DNA from: an uncultured Verrucomicrobiota bacterium
GTDB taxonomy: Bacteria; Verrucomicrobiota; Kiritimatiellia; PWTM01
DNA length: 64,000 nt
NCBI GenBank assembly: GCA_964423465.1
Contig: CAYRFK010000001.1
Span: 12,987 to 76,986 of the forward strand
Direction of reading: 5' to 3'
This document shows, one piece after another, positions 17,976 to 27,561 of this stretch. A program made the translations under genes and the position numbers. The notes below the pieces were generated by a model. That model worked only from the letters and a program-made list of their open reading frames with translations, had not been told where the DNA came from and made no database searches. How positions within the stretch are numbered: position 1 is the first letter of the stretch; every line of letters starts with the position of its first letter.

Positions 17976-19820
17976 CTACTTCTTGGGTTCGAGTTTGATC
18001 GTGCGGACGTTCACGGGTTTCCAGCCCGCGGCGACGGCTTCGAGGCGCAGCACCTGGGCGCCGGCCGGCAGTTCGATGGTGCCTGCCTTGACGCCCTTGT
18101 ACTTCTTGTAGTCACCGGTGTCGGGCGTGGCGACTTCGAGGCGCTTGTCGCCGGCGACGAGGATGACCTTCGATCCGCCGGTATTGCCCGCGTCGAACGA
18201 CACGTTGTACGCGCCGGCCTTGTCGACCTTGATCCGCCACGAGGCGGAGTCCTTCGGATCCAGCCAGAACCCGAGGTTCAGGTTGATGTGGCCCTCGGAC
18301 TTGAGGCCGCCGGTGGTCTCCGCATTCTCGGGGCGCAGCAGGATCGATCCGTCCTTCTCGGCCAAGCCGACGAAGGGCGCCGTCTCGACCTCGCCGCTGA
18401 CGTCGAGGACGACGACGGAGGCGATCTTGTCCGGGGCATCCTTCGGCACGGCAATGACGACATCCTCGCCGTTCCTCGAGACCTCGAGCGGCGAACCGCA
18501 GGCGAGCATCTTCGCCTTGCCCGTCTTGTTCTTCAGGCCCGGGACGACCAGTTTGCCGTCCGCCGGCCAGTCGAAGACGTGCAGGAAGAGGGTCGTCGTG
18601 CGGCCGAAGAGGCCGCCGCGGACCTTCCGCGTGCAGCGGCCCCACGGCAGGTTGCGGAAGGGGCTGGCGGAGGTGCCGTAGATGGCCTCGCCGTTGACCT
18701 TCATCCACTCGCCGACCTGCGTCAGGCGCTCGATACTCGGCTGCGGGATCTCGCCCTCGGCGGTCGGGCCGACGTTGAGCAGGAAGTTGCCGCCCTTGCT
18801 GACGATGTCGCAGAGCTTGCGGATGAGGTCCTCGGTGCTCTTCCAGTTCTGGTCGTAGCTCTTGAAGCCCCACGTGTCGTTCATGGTCATGCAGACCTCC
18901 CAGTCGCGGCCCTTGAAGCCGGTGGAGGGGATGTACTGCTCGGGGGTCTCGGTGTCGCCGTGGTAGTTCCCGCCGAGGCGGTTGTTCGAGATGATGCCGG
19001 GCTTGAGGGCCAGCAGCGCATGCAGCGGGGCGGCGCGCTCGGGGGTCATCCACGTCGGAGTATCCCACCAGAGGACGTCGGGCTGGATGTTCTCAAGGAT
19101 CTCGCGGGTCTGCGGGATGGCGATCGTCTTGAGGTACTGGTCGAAGTCGCCTTTATTGGCCTCGTCCCAGCTCTCGCCCTCCTTGTAGCCGGACTTGGCG
19201 CCGCCCGGATGGGTCCAGTCCTGCGCCTGCGAGTAGTAGAGCCCGAACTTGAGCCCCTGCTTCCGCACGGCGTCGGCCAGCGGCTTGATCAGGTCGCGCT
19301 TCGCGCCCGCCGCGTCCACGGCGTCCCACGTGCTCGCCTTGGAATCGAACAGCGCAAAACCGTCATGATGCTTGGAGGTGATGACCACGTAGCGCATGCC
19401 CGCCTTCTTCGCGAGGGCGGCCCACGCATCGGGATCGTACTTCGCCGCCGTGAACTTCGGCGCGAAGGCCCTGTATTCCGCGACCGGGATCTTGCCGCGG
19501 TTCATGATCCATTCGCCGATGCCGGCGATCTGCTGGTCCTTGTAGGTACCGGCGGGCACGGCGTAGACGCCCCAGTGGATGAACATCCCGAACTTGTCCT
19601 CGCGGAACCAGGCCATCCGCGCATCGCGCGCCGCCTTCGATTCCTCCGCCACCGCGGGCACCGCGGGCGTGGCCGCCACCGCAGGCGTCTGCACGGCCGC
19701 CGGGGCCGCCGCCGCGGTTTTCCGCAGCGGGACCGGGGCCCGCAGATCCGCACCGTATGCAGTCGCCGCCGCCGTCACCACGGCCGCCGGCACGATCATG
19801 AACCTTCCGCACCTTGTCAT
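17976..19820 (-). CDS. Alpha-L-fucosidase (GH29) with C-terminal beta-sandwich/CBM-like domain
   Basis: A signal peptide is followed by the GH29 core (FGMFIHWGVYAVPA, YVVITSKHHDGFALFDS) and a C-terminal ~150-aa extension. Confidence 0.8.
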   Translation of the reverse strand: MTRCGRFMIVPAAVVTAAATAYGADLRAPVPLRKTAAAAPAAVQTPAVAATPAVPAVAEESKAARDARMAWFREDKFGMFIHWGVYAVPAGTYKDQQIAGIGEWIMNRGKIPVAEYRAFAPKFTAAKYDPDAWAALAKKAGMRYVVITSKHHDGFALFDSKASTWDAVDAAGAKRDLIKPLADAVRKQGLKFGLYYSQAQDWTHPGGAKSGYKEGESWDEANKGDFDQYLKTIAIPQTREILENIQPDVLWWDTPTWMTPERAAPLHALLALKPGIISNNRLGGNYHGDTETPEQYIPSTGFKGRDWEVCMTMNDTWGFKSYDQNWKSTEDLIRKLCDIVSKGGNFLLNVGPTAEGEIPQPSIERLTQVGEWMKVNGEAIYGTSASPFRNLPWGRCTRKVRGGLFGRTTTLFLHVFDWPADGKLVVPGLKNKTGKAKMLACGSPLEVSRNGEDVVIAVPKDAPDKIASVVVLDVSGEVETAPFVGLAEKDGSILLRPENAETTGGLKSEGHINLNLGFWLDPKDSASWRIKVDKAGAYNVSFDAGNTGGSKVILVAGDKRLEVATPDTGDYKKYKGVKAGTIELPAGAQVLRLEAVAAGWKPVNVRTIKLEPKK

Positions 19821-20064
19821 TGGCATGCTCCCCATGTTGCGGCGGGCAGCATGCCCCGCCCCGCCCCGCGGGGCAATCGCCGTGCTTGACTTGAAGGTGT
19901 CATTTCTTGACCTTGTGTTCCGGCGTCTGGACGAAGGACAACCACGAATGAAACGGATTTCACGGAGCCGAACGCGGAGCGCCGACCCCGCAGCCGGGAG
20001 GGCCCGCGGCCCCGCGGGCCGGGGGGGCGGGGAAACTCCATCCCCAGAAAGGTCCGCCGGAACG

Positions 20065-20919
20065 ATGCCGGCCGAACCGAGTTACTTCAGCGCACGGGTT
20101 TCGGCCGCGCGGCGCTTCTACCTGCGCCTTGCGCCGGGGCGCGGGCGACCGCTGACGGTGGTGAGCGGCGGCTGGGAGCAGTGCCGCGCGGACTATGCGA
20201 TCCGCCGCCCGGGCTTCCCCCACACCGCGCTGGAGTTCGTGGCGCGCGGCGCCGGGGAACTGCGGCTTGGCGGGCAGACGTGGGCGCTCGCGCCCGGAGC
20301 GGCCTTCGTCTACGGACGCGGCGTGCCGCACAGGATCCGCACCGACCCCGACGCACCGATGCTCAAGTACTTCGTCGTGTTCGCCGGCGCCGAGGGGCGC
20401 GACCTGCTCCGCACCTGCGGGCTCAAGCCGGGCACCGCCTGCCGCGTCGCGCGGCCGGAGCCGGTGCAGCAGGTCTTCGACGACCTGATCGACCACGCCC
20501 TCGGCGACCATCCCGACCGCCAGCGCCTGTGCGGCGTCGCCCTTGAGTACCTGATCACGCGCATCAATTCGCTCGCCGTGCCGTTCGACGAGGGCGGAAC
20601 GCAGGCGCTGGCGACCTACCAGCGCTGCCGCGCGTTCATCACCGCCGAGTACCTGCGCGTGCAATCGCTGCCGGAGATCGCCGCCGCCTGTCACGTGGAC
20701 GGCGCCTACATCTGCCGCCTCTTCCGCCGTTACGGCCGCGAAAGCCCCATCCAGTTCCTCCGCCACCTCCGCATGAACCGCGCCGTGGACCTGCTCCTGA
20801 ATCACGGACGGATGGTCAAGGAGGTCGCGTCCGAACTCGGCTTCAGCGACACCCACAACTTTTCCCGCGCCTTCCGCCAGGCCTTCGGGGTTTCCCCGGC
20901 CCGGTTGCGGAAGGCGTAG
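20065..20919 (+). CDS. AraC-family transcriptional regulator
   Basis: The C-terminal AraC HTH is IAAACHVDGAYICRLFRRYGRESPIQFLRHLRMNRA...FSDTHNFSRAFRQAFGVSP. The start is the ATG at 20065. The gene is divergent from the fucosidase/fucI genes. Confidence 0.8.
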   Translation: MPAEPSYFSARVSAARRFYLRLAPGRGRPLTVVSGGWEQCRADYAIRRPGFPHTALEFVARGAGELRLGGQTWALAPGAAFVYGRGVPHRIRTDPDAPMLKYFVVFAGAEGRDLLRTCGLKPGTACRVARPEPVQQVFDDLIDHALGDHPDRQRLCGVALEYLITRINSLAVPFDEGGTQALATYQRCRAFITAEYLRVQSLPEIAAACHVDGAYICRLFRRYGRESPIQFLRHLRMNRAVDLLLNHGRMVKEVASELGFSDTHNFSRAFRQAFGVSPARLRKA

Positions 20920-20970
20920 GGGGGGGCGGACAGCGTGGCGTCCAGTGCACACAGAAGGGAGAGACCGGAA

Positions 20971-21738
20971 ATGAACGAGTCCAGTTCCCGATTCGAATCG
21001 ATCTTCCTGGAGGTGTTCGAGGCGCTGCCCCGGCAGGGACCGGGCAGTCGCGCCTGCGCCGAACGGGCGCTGGGGCTGTGTGCGGGGCTTCCGCCGGAGC
21101 CCGCGATCCTCGACCTGGGGTGCGGCGCCGGCGGACAGACGCTTCAGCTTGCCGAACTCACCGCGGGGTCCATCGTGGCGGTCGACCGCCACGCTCCAAG
21201 CATTGCGATTCTGGACCGGAAGATCGCCGCACGGGGGCTGTCGCATCGGGTCCGCGCGCAAGTTGGCGACATGGCGGACCCCGGGCTTTCGCAGGAGTCG
21301 TTCGACCTCATCTGGTCCGAGGGCGCGTTCTACAACATCGGCATCGCGAATGCGCTCCGGACAAGCTTCGGGCTGCTGCGCCCGGGCGGCTTTCTCGCCT
21401 TCACCGACGCCGTCTGGCGCGTGGCGGACCCGCCGCCGGAGGTCCGGGCCTGCTTCGAGCCGGATTACCCCACCATGGGACGGGCGGAGGATGTCGAGGC
21501 GGCCATCCGGGCCGGCGGCTTCGTCCACCTGAGGCGATTCACACTGCCGGACGAGGCCTGGTGGGACGACTTCTACACGCCAATGCTGAAGCGGATCGAA
21601 GTCCTCCGCGTCGCCTACGGCGGTGACGCCGGGGCCCTGGGCATCCTGGACCGCATTGCGGAGGAACCCGCGATGCACCGCCGACATTCGAACAGCTACG
21701 CCTACGAGTTCTTCGTCGCGCAACGCCCTCCGTGCTGA
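20971..21738 (+). CDS. Class I SAM-dependent methyltransferase
   Basis: The LDLGCGAGGQT motif I is present. The ATG at 20971 is preceded by a GGGAGAG RBS. The track ORF starts at a GTG at 20935. Confidence 0.7.
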   Translation: MNESSSRFESIFLEVFEALPRQGPGSRACAERALGLCAGLPPEPAILDLGCGAGGQTLQLAELTAGSIVAVDRHAPSIAILDRKIAARGLSHRVRAQVGDMADPGLSQESFDLIWSEGAFYNIGIANALRTSFGLLRPGGFLAFTDAVWRVADPPPEVRACFEPDYPTMGRAEDVEAAIRAGGFVHLRRFTLPDEAWWDDFYTPMLKRIEVLRVAYGGDAGALGILDRIAEEPAMHRRHSNSYAYEFFVAQRPPC

Positions 21739-21836
21739 TCCAAGGCGGCCGCCGAATCCGGCACGGGTGCACCGGAAGCAGAACCGGCGGATCGCCTGAA
21801 GCGAACCGCCGGTGGTCTGCGAATCTGCGGGCCGGA

Positions 21837-22253
21837 CTAGATCTTCGTCCCCGAGCACGGCACGTGCTTGGGCGGCGAATGCCAGAATTCTACGAAGTCC
21901 ATCGTCATGACCCCGTTCGAGATCGTGGCCTCGATCTCGCCGTCGCCGACGCCGGGGTTCGTGAAGGGGCCCTTCAGCGTGCCGCCGGAAACGGTGTAGG
22001 TGCCGGAGAGATGCACGGGGCCGTCCAACTCCTCGCGGGTCTTGTAGAATGTTCCGTCCTCTTGGAAGTAGTAGTAGCCGACCGAGCCTGTGTCCAACTT
22101 GGTCACCTCCCAGACCCCGACGAAATCACCCCCGCCCGAACCGCCGCCCCCGCCGCCGTCGCCGCTGTCGCAGCCAGCCCCCATCCACGCCGTCATGGCC
22201 AGCATCGCGACCGCGATTCCCAGTCCAAAAACCCGCAAGCCCGCACGTTTCAT
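21837..22253 (-). CDS. Lipoprotein, hypothetical
   Basis: The product starts MKRAGLRVFGLGIAVAMLAMTAWMGAGC with a lipobox, followed by a Gly-rich linker. Confidence 0.55.
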   Translation of the reverse strand: MKRAGLRVFGLGIAVAMLAMTAWMGAGCDSGDGGGGGGSGGGDFVGVWEVTKLDTGSVGYYYFQEDGTFYKTREELDGPVHLSGTYTVSGGTLKGPFTNPGVGDGEIEATISNGVMTMDFVEFWHSPPKHVPCSGTKI

Positions 22254-22385
22254 GGTTTCTCTGCTCCCGTATGCCCGTTTTGTCCGCAGACCCGCCGGTT
22301 GGCCGGTCCGCCAAAACGGCGAATGGCCGCGCAAACTACGCAAAGGATTCGCGCAAGTCAAGGACGGCCCGCATGCGGGCGGGAC

Positions 22386-22790
22386 TCACGCGTTTCCGAG
22401 GCTCAGGTCGCCGACGATCTTCCACGCGGGACCGTCGCGGAGGACGTCGAGGCGGCGGCCGGGGAAGGCGGCAGGGAGGTCCTGCTTGAGGCGGCCGATG
22501 GCGCGGTCCTCGATCTCCCGGCGGAGCGCGGCGGGGACGGACTTCAGCGTGGCGATGCGGAGGTCGACGACGTAGCCACGGCCACGCTTCGTCCCGAATC
22601 CCGCGGAGAATGCGGCGCCCAGTTCAAAGAGTCCGTCACCGTCCGGATTCGGGGTCGCACCGCGCCGCGGGCGCGCGGGATGCAGCGGAAGGCGCGAGCC
22701 GAACTCCTGCTCGAGTTCCTCGTCGATGCGGGCGAAGACCGAGCGGAGCCGGTCCTCCCAGGCCTCTGCCTTGGGATGTCGCAGACTCAT
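22386..22790 (-). CDS. Hypothetical protein (134 aa), translationally coupled downstream of the rlmB-like gene
   Basis: The start ATG overlaps the rlmB-like stop in an ATGA arrangement. No motif was recognised. Confidence 0.45.
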   Translation of the reverse strand: MSLRHPKAEAWEDRLRSVFARIDEELEQEFGSRLPLHPARPRRGATPNPDGDGLFELGAAFSAGFGTKRGRGYVVDLRIATLKSVPAALRREIEDRAIGRLKQDLPAAFPGRRLDVLRDGPAWKIVGDLSLGNA

Positions 22791-23578
22791 GCCGGCGGGG
22801 CGGCCGCGTTGTCGCGCTGGCGACGGACCTCGTAGAGCGCAATGGCGGCGGCGACGGCGGCGTTGAGCGAGCCGACGCGGCCCTTCATCGGGAGGCGGAG
22901 GACGCCGTCGCACGTCTGGCGGACGAGCCGTCCAATCCCCTGCCCCTCGTTGCCGACAACGATGGCGGCGGCGCCGTCGAGGCGGATGTCCGTATGGAGC
23001 GGGGCCTCGGGAAACGCCTCCAGGCAGTAGACCCAGATCCGCCGCTCCTTGATCTCGGCGATGGCGCGGACCAGGTTGGTGACCTGGGCGACCTGCAGGT
23101 GCTCGACGGCGCCGGAGGAGGCCCGCACCACGGCGGGCGTCACGGCGCAGGCGCGGTCCCGGGGCAGGACGACGCCGGTGACGCCGGCCGCATCGGCCGT
23201 ACGCATCATCGATCCGACGTTCTGGGGATCCTGGATGTGGTCGAGGACCAGAAGAAACGGCGGTTCCGTCGAAGCCGCAGCCCCGGAGAGAAGGGCGTCG
23301 AATTCCGCAAAGCGGTACGGCCCGGTCTCGAGGGCGAGGCCCTGGTGGTTGCCGTTGAGGGTCATGCGGTCGAGATCCCGCCTCGCGCAGGCCGTCACCG
23401 GCACCTTCCGGTGGTGGGCCAGGCGGAGGATTTCGGCCGGGGGGCCGGCCATCTGGGTCCCTTCGGCGACGAGAAGCCGGTGAAGGTCCCGGCGGCCCGC
23501 CCGAAGAACCTCCAGCAGGGCCTGGCGCCAGTACAGGATCTCACGCCCGGAGTCCGGGGATTCCCGTTGATGTCGCAT
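22787..23578 (-). CDS. TrmH/SpoU-family rRNA 2'-O-methyltransferase (RlmB-like)
   Basis: SpoU motifs LVLDHIQDPQNVGSMMRTADAAG, AIVVGNEGQGI and GSLNAAVAAAIALYE are present. The start is the ATG at 23578. Confidence 0.8.
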   Translation of the reverse strand: MRHQRESPDSGREILYWRQALLEVLRAGRRDLHRLLVAEGTQMAGPPAEILRLAHHRKVPVTACARRDLDRMTLNGNHQGLALETGPYRFAEFDALLSGAAASTEPPFLLVLDHIQDPQNVGSMMRTADAAGVTGVVLPRDRACAVTPAVVRASSGAVEHLQVAQVTNLVRAIAEIKERRIWVYCLEAFPEAPLHTDIRLDGAAAIVVGNEGQGIGRLVRQTCDGVLRLPMKGRVGSLNAAVAAAIALYEVRRQRDNAAAPPA

Positions 23579-23642
23579 GGGTCTTCCTATAGCATCCCGC
23601 CCGGCCGGTTGGAATGGTTTTCCGAATCCGGCCGCCCAAAAC

Positions 23643-25151
23643 ATGAACTTGAGGCTCTTCGCGATCGCGACGACATGCATGGTCGTCGGCGCCGCAGTCC
23701 GGGCGCAGACCAACGCCCCGGCCGGCGGGGATGCCCTCCCCAACCCCTTGGGGGATGTGGAGGATGCGATCGGTCGGATTCGATCGAGCTACGAAGAGAT
23801 CCGCCTGAGATTCGTCGAGAAGGACCGCCTGCTCCGCCAGGCGATCTCGGCCCAGCAGGCGGCCGAGGCCCAGTGCCGGGTCGTCGAGACACGGCTTGGG
23901 GAGGCCGAGGCCGACCGCAAGGATCTCCGCGACCGGAACCGCCGCATCGAGTCCGAGCTTTCCAAGGCGCAGGAGACGATCGCCGGGCTGTTGCGGACCG
24001 TGACGAACCTGGAAGACCAGGTCGCGTCGGCCCAGCGTGATGCGCGAAAGGCGTCCCAGGAGAAGAACGACATCCTCGCCACGGCGGACAAGGCCCGCGA
24101 GCGCATGGCCGATGCCGAGAAGGATCGCGATCGCGCCCGGGATGCCCTGCTCGCCCTCGAGGCCAGGCTGAAGTCGCTCATCACCGGCTCCGCCCCGCCG
24201 CCGGAGCCGGCCCGGACGCCCGTGAAGGAACCGGAGCCCGCGATCACGGTCGAGGCGCCGCCCGTCCCGCCGAAGCCTGAACCTGTCAAGCCGTCACCCG
24301 CCCCTCCGACCCCGCCCGATGTGCCGACGGAGAAGCCGGCGCTCCAGTTGGCGCCCAAGCCTGTACCCGAACTGCCGGCGGCCATGGTCGGACGGCCGTC
24401 GGATGAACCGGCCGAGAACCGGAAATCCACAACCGCCCCGCCCATTCCCGAGCCCATCCTCACCAATGCTCCGCCCGCGGAGATGGTCGCACCGGCGCCG
24501 CCTCTGGTTCCGGCGACCCGTACGGAAGCCGCGCCGGCGGCCGACCGGGAACGTCCGGAGGCCATCGACCGTATCCTGGCCGACGCGTCGGCGGCGTTCG
24601 ACGGTGGAGACTGGGACCGGGCGCGTTCGCTTTACGAGAAGGTTCTCGCGGACAGCCCGTCGGATCCCGTCGCCTCGGTCGGTCTCACGGAAGTCCTCAT
24701 GCAGACCGGCGAGACAGGCAGGGCGCTGGACAAGGCCCGCCAGTTGCTCGACGCGGATCCCGCGAGTCCCCGCCGGCTGTTCCTTGCCGGGCGCGCCGCC
24801 GCACGCGACGGCCGCAGCGAGGAGGCCCTCGGCCTGCTGGAGCGGGCCATGAAGGGCTCGCCCGACAATCCCGACGTGAAGCGCGAACTGGCCGCGGTGT
24901 TGTTCGATCTGCGCAAGTACCGTGAGTCGGCCGACATGTTCGTGGCGACGACCCGGCTCGATGCCGCCGACGGCGAGTCGTGGTTCAACGCGTGCGCCGC
25001 ACTTCTGATGACGGATCCTTCGCCCCTGAAAGAGGCCTCCCGCTATTACGAGAAAGCCCTGAGCCTTGGAGAACCACGCGATGAACGAATCGAGAAGCGC
25101 TTCCGCCCCGCACTGTCCACCCCCGCCCGCATGTCCCCCGCGAAGAACTGA
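23643..25151 (+). CDS. Secreted coiled-coil protein with Pro-rich linker and C-terminal TPR-like domain (paralog 1)
   Basis: A signal peptide (MNLRLFAIATTCMVVGAAVRA) is followed by heptad-rich segments, a PEPxxP-rich region and a TPR-like C-terminus ending YEKALSLGEPRDERIEK. Confidence 0.6.
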   Translation: MNLRLFAIATTCMVVGAAVRAQTNAPAGGDALPNPLGDVEDAIGRIRSSYEEIRLRFVEKDRLLRQAISAQQAAEAQCRVVETRLGEAEADRKDLRDRNRRIESELSKAQETIAGLLRTVTNLEDQVASAQRDARKASQEKNDILATADKARERMADAEKDRDRARDALLALEARLKSLITGSAPPPEPARTPVKEPEPAITVEAPPVPPKPEPVKPSPAPPTPPDVPTEKPALQLAPKPVPELPAAMVGRPSDEPAENRKSTTAPPIPEPILTNAPPAEMVAPAPPLVPATRTEAAPAADRERPEAIDRILADASAAFDGGDWDRARSLYEKVLADSPSDPVASVGLTEVLMQTGETGRALDKARQLLDADPASPRRLFLAGRAAARDGRSEEALGLLERAMKGSPDNPDVKRELAAVLFDLRKYRESADMFVATTRLDAADGESWFNACAALLMTDPSPLKEASRYYEKALSLGEPRDERIEKRFRPALSTPARMSPAKN

Positions 25152-27558
25152 CGCCCCGCGTCATCGCCGGATCCTCCTCGTCCTGGCGGCGGCGTCCCTC
25201 GCGCTTTCCGCCCCCGGGATCGCACGGGCGGCCGATCTTCCGGAAAAGGCGGCCTACGTGGAGATGCTCCGCGGCGATCGCGCCCGCGAGGGGGGGGATG
25301 TCGCGGCGGCCATCGCCGGCTACGAGCGGTCGATGGACCTCTTCCGCGCCCTCCGCGCCGAGCAACCGGGCTACAAGGCCGCGGCACTGGAGTTCCGCAT
25401 GGATTACTGCCGCCGGCAGATCGCCACCCTGAAGGCTGCCCTGCCCGCAACCCCCGCTGCGCCCGTCGCCCCCGCCGCCCCGGCGGAGACGCCTGCCGCA
25501 ACGGCATCCGCCGCCGCCCAGGCCGCCGAACTTGCCGCCCTTCGCGACGAGATCCGCCGCCTGAGCACGGCCGCCGCCGCCGCAGAATCCATGCAGGCAC
25601 GGCTGAAGGAACTCGAATCCTCGACCACCCAGATCGAGGCGGAACGCAAGCGAATCCAGGACGAACTGCGCAGCGTCGCCAAGGACCGTGACGCCGCCAC
25701 CGGCCAGTCCGGCAAACTCCAGGTCCAGGTGGATACACTCCAGGCGCGGCTCGAGGGTGCGCAGGCCGAAATCCGCGATCTGAAGTCGCGTCTCGAGTCG
25801 TTTTCCGCGTCGGTCCCGGCCACCGAGGCCGAGGAACTGCGCAAGACCGCCAAGGTCGCCACCGGCGAGCGTGACGAGGCCATCCAGCGCGCCGAAGCCG
25901 CCACCGGAAAGCTTGCAGACATCGAGACGCGCCTCGACGCCGCGCGGGAGGAGATTCGCTCGCTGCAGGCCGCGCAGAAGTCCGAAGCCGACATCACCGC
26001 CCCCTACGCCGCCGAACTGGCCAGCCAGCAGAAGGAGGTCGACACGCTGCGCCGGGCCTCCGATCTCTCCGCCAAGCGGGCCGAATCGCTCACCGCCGTG
26101 CTTGCGGCGACCAAGGAGGAACTGGAAGCCGCCCGCAAGGCCGCAAACCCCAGAGCTTACGAGGACGAGATCAAGGCGTTGACCCGCGCCGTCGAGGCGT
26201 CCGCCAAGGAACGCGACAAGGCCCTCGCCAACGCGGAACGCGGCCGCGAACTGCTCGCCGCCGCCGACGCCGCCCTCGCTGACGAGAAGTTGACGATCAA
26301 GACCCTGAAGGCGCAGGTCAAATCCCTCTCGTCGAGCGAAAGTGATGAGGAACTCCGCCGCCTCGGCGCGGAGATGGAGAAGCTGCTCCGTGAACGGGAT
26401 TCTCTCCGTGATCAACTCTCCGCCCTGCACCGCAGCGGCGGCGATAACGAGTCCGCCCTGAAGGCCGCACAGGCCGAGGCGGCGGAGCTTCGCGCCCGTC
26501 TGGCTTCGTCGCCGACGCCCGCCGCAGACGCCGACGGCTCGGACCGCGAAGTGCGCAAGCTGCGCGACGACAAGACGCGGTTGGAGACCCAACTGCAGGC
26601 CCTGTCGGCCCGGCTGGAACTGCTGAACGAGGAATCGAAGTCGGCGCGCAAGGCCTCCGAAGCGGCTCAGGACGATCTCTCCCGGCAAGTCACGGCCCTT
26701 ACCCGTGAGATCCGCGACTTGACCCGCGAGCGCGAGCATCTCCTCGCCAAGGCGGCGAAGCAGTCGGACCGCGTCACCGCGCTGGAACTCCAGATCGCCG
26801 GGGCGGCAGCCCAGCCGGCCCCCGTGGCGGCCCCGCCGGCCGTGGAACCCCCGCCCGCCCTTGTGGCCGGCCCCGCCCCCGCGCCCGTGATGCCCGCGCC
26901 GGAAACCTCCGCCCCGCCCCCCGCACCCGCCGCGCTCCAGCCGGGAACCGCACCCGCTCCCGCCTCCGCACCGGAACCCGCGCCCGCGCCCGTCGTGCCG
27001 CCCCCCCCGCCCGCATGGGCCGCCGAGGCGGATGCCGCCATGGCCTCGAACGCGGTGGACCGCGCCCTCGCGATCTACGACCAGGCCCTCGCCGCCAACC
27101 CGGATGACGTGACCGCACTTCTGGGCTACAGCCGGGCGCAGCTTCGCAAGGGCGAGACCTCGCAGGCCAGCGCCGCCGCCAGCCGCCTTGTCGAACTCCA
27201 GCCCGAGATGGGCGCCGCCCACCACGCACAGGCGATGGCCGAGGTCAAGGCCGGCAACCGTCGGACGGCCACCCGTTGCTTCCAGCGGGCCGTCAACCTC
27301 GACCCCGCGAATCCCATCTATCATCGCGACTTCGCCGTCTCGCTCTACGCCCGCGGCCTCACCGACGATGCCGTGGAGCAGTACCGTGAAGTCATCCGCC
27401 TCGCCCCGAAGGATGGCCAGGCGCATTTCAACCTCGCTGCCCTGCTGTTGATGCAGCGCAAGCCGCCGGTCGACGAGGCCCGCGCGATCTACGAGAAAGC
27501 CATCGAACTGGGCGAGGCCCGCGACCCTTCGATCGAGAAGAAACTCCAGGCACCGTAG
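25081..27558 (+). CDS. Secreted coiled-coil/TPR protein (paralog 2)
   Basis: An RR-containing n-region is followed by a hydrophobic ILLVLAAASLALSAPGIARA segment, a ~450-aa coiled coil, a Pro/Ala-rich stretch and a TPR-like C-terminus ending YEKAIELGEARDPSIEK. The start is ambiguous (ATG at 25081 or 25066) and overlaps the end of paralog 1. Confidence 0.55.
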   Translation: MNESRSASAPHCPPPPACPPRRTDAPRHRRILLVLAAASLALSAPGIARAADLPEKAAYVEMLRGDRAREGGDVAAAIAGYERSMDLFRALRAEQPGYKAAALEFRMDYCRRQIATLKAALPATPAAPVAPAAPAETPAATASAAAQAAELAALRDEIRRLSTAAAAAESMQARLKELESSTTQIEAERKRIQDELRSVAKDRDAATGQSGKLQVQVDTLQARLEGAQAEIRDLKSRLESFSASVPATEAEELRKTAKVATGERDEAIQRAEAATGKLADIETRLDAAREEIRSLQAAQKSEADITAPYAAELASQQKEVDTLRRASDLSAKRAESLTAVLAATKEELEAARKAANPRAYEDEIKALTRAVEASAKERDKALANAERGRELLAAADAALADEKLTIKTLKAQVKSLSSSESDEELRRLGAEMEKLLRERDSLRDQLSALHRSGGDNESALKAAQAEAAELRARLASSPTPAADADGSDREVRKLRDDKTRLETQLQALSARLELLNEESKSARKASEAAQDDLSRQVTALTREIRDLTREREHLLAKAAKQSDRVTALELQIAGAAAQPAPVAAPPAVEPPPALVAGPAPAPVMPAPETSAPPPAPAALQPGTAPAPASAPEPAPAPVVPPPPPAWAAEADAAMASNAVDRALAIYDQALAANPDDVTALLGYSRAQLRKGETSQASAAASRLVELQPEMGAAHHAQAMAEVKAGNRRTATRCFQRAVNLDPANPIYHRDFAVSLYARGLTDDAVEQYREVIRLAPKDGQAHFNLAALLLMQRKPPVDEARAIYEKAIELGEARDPSIEKKLQAP

Positions 27559-27561
27559 CCC

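Noticed and set aside
16191-19889. 1232-aa plus-strand ORF
   Set aside because: It is antisense to fucI and the GH29 fucosidase, both of which have very strong protein-level support.
19960-21858. 632-aa minus-strand ORF
   Set aside because: It is antisense to the AraC and methyltransferase genes.
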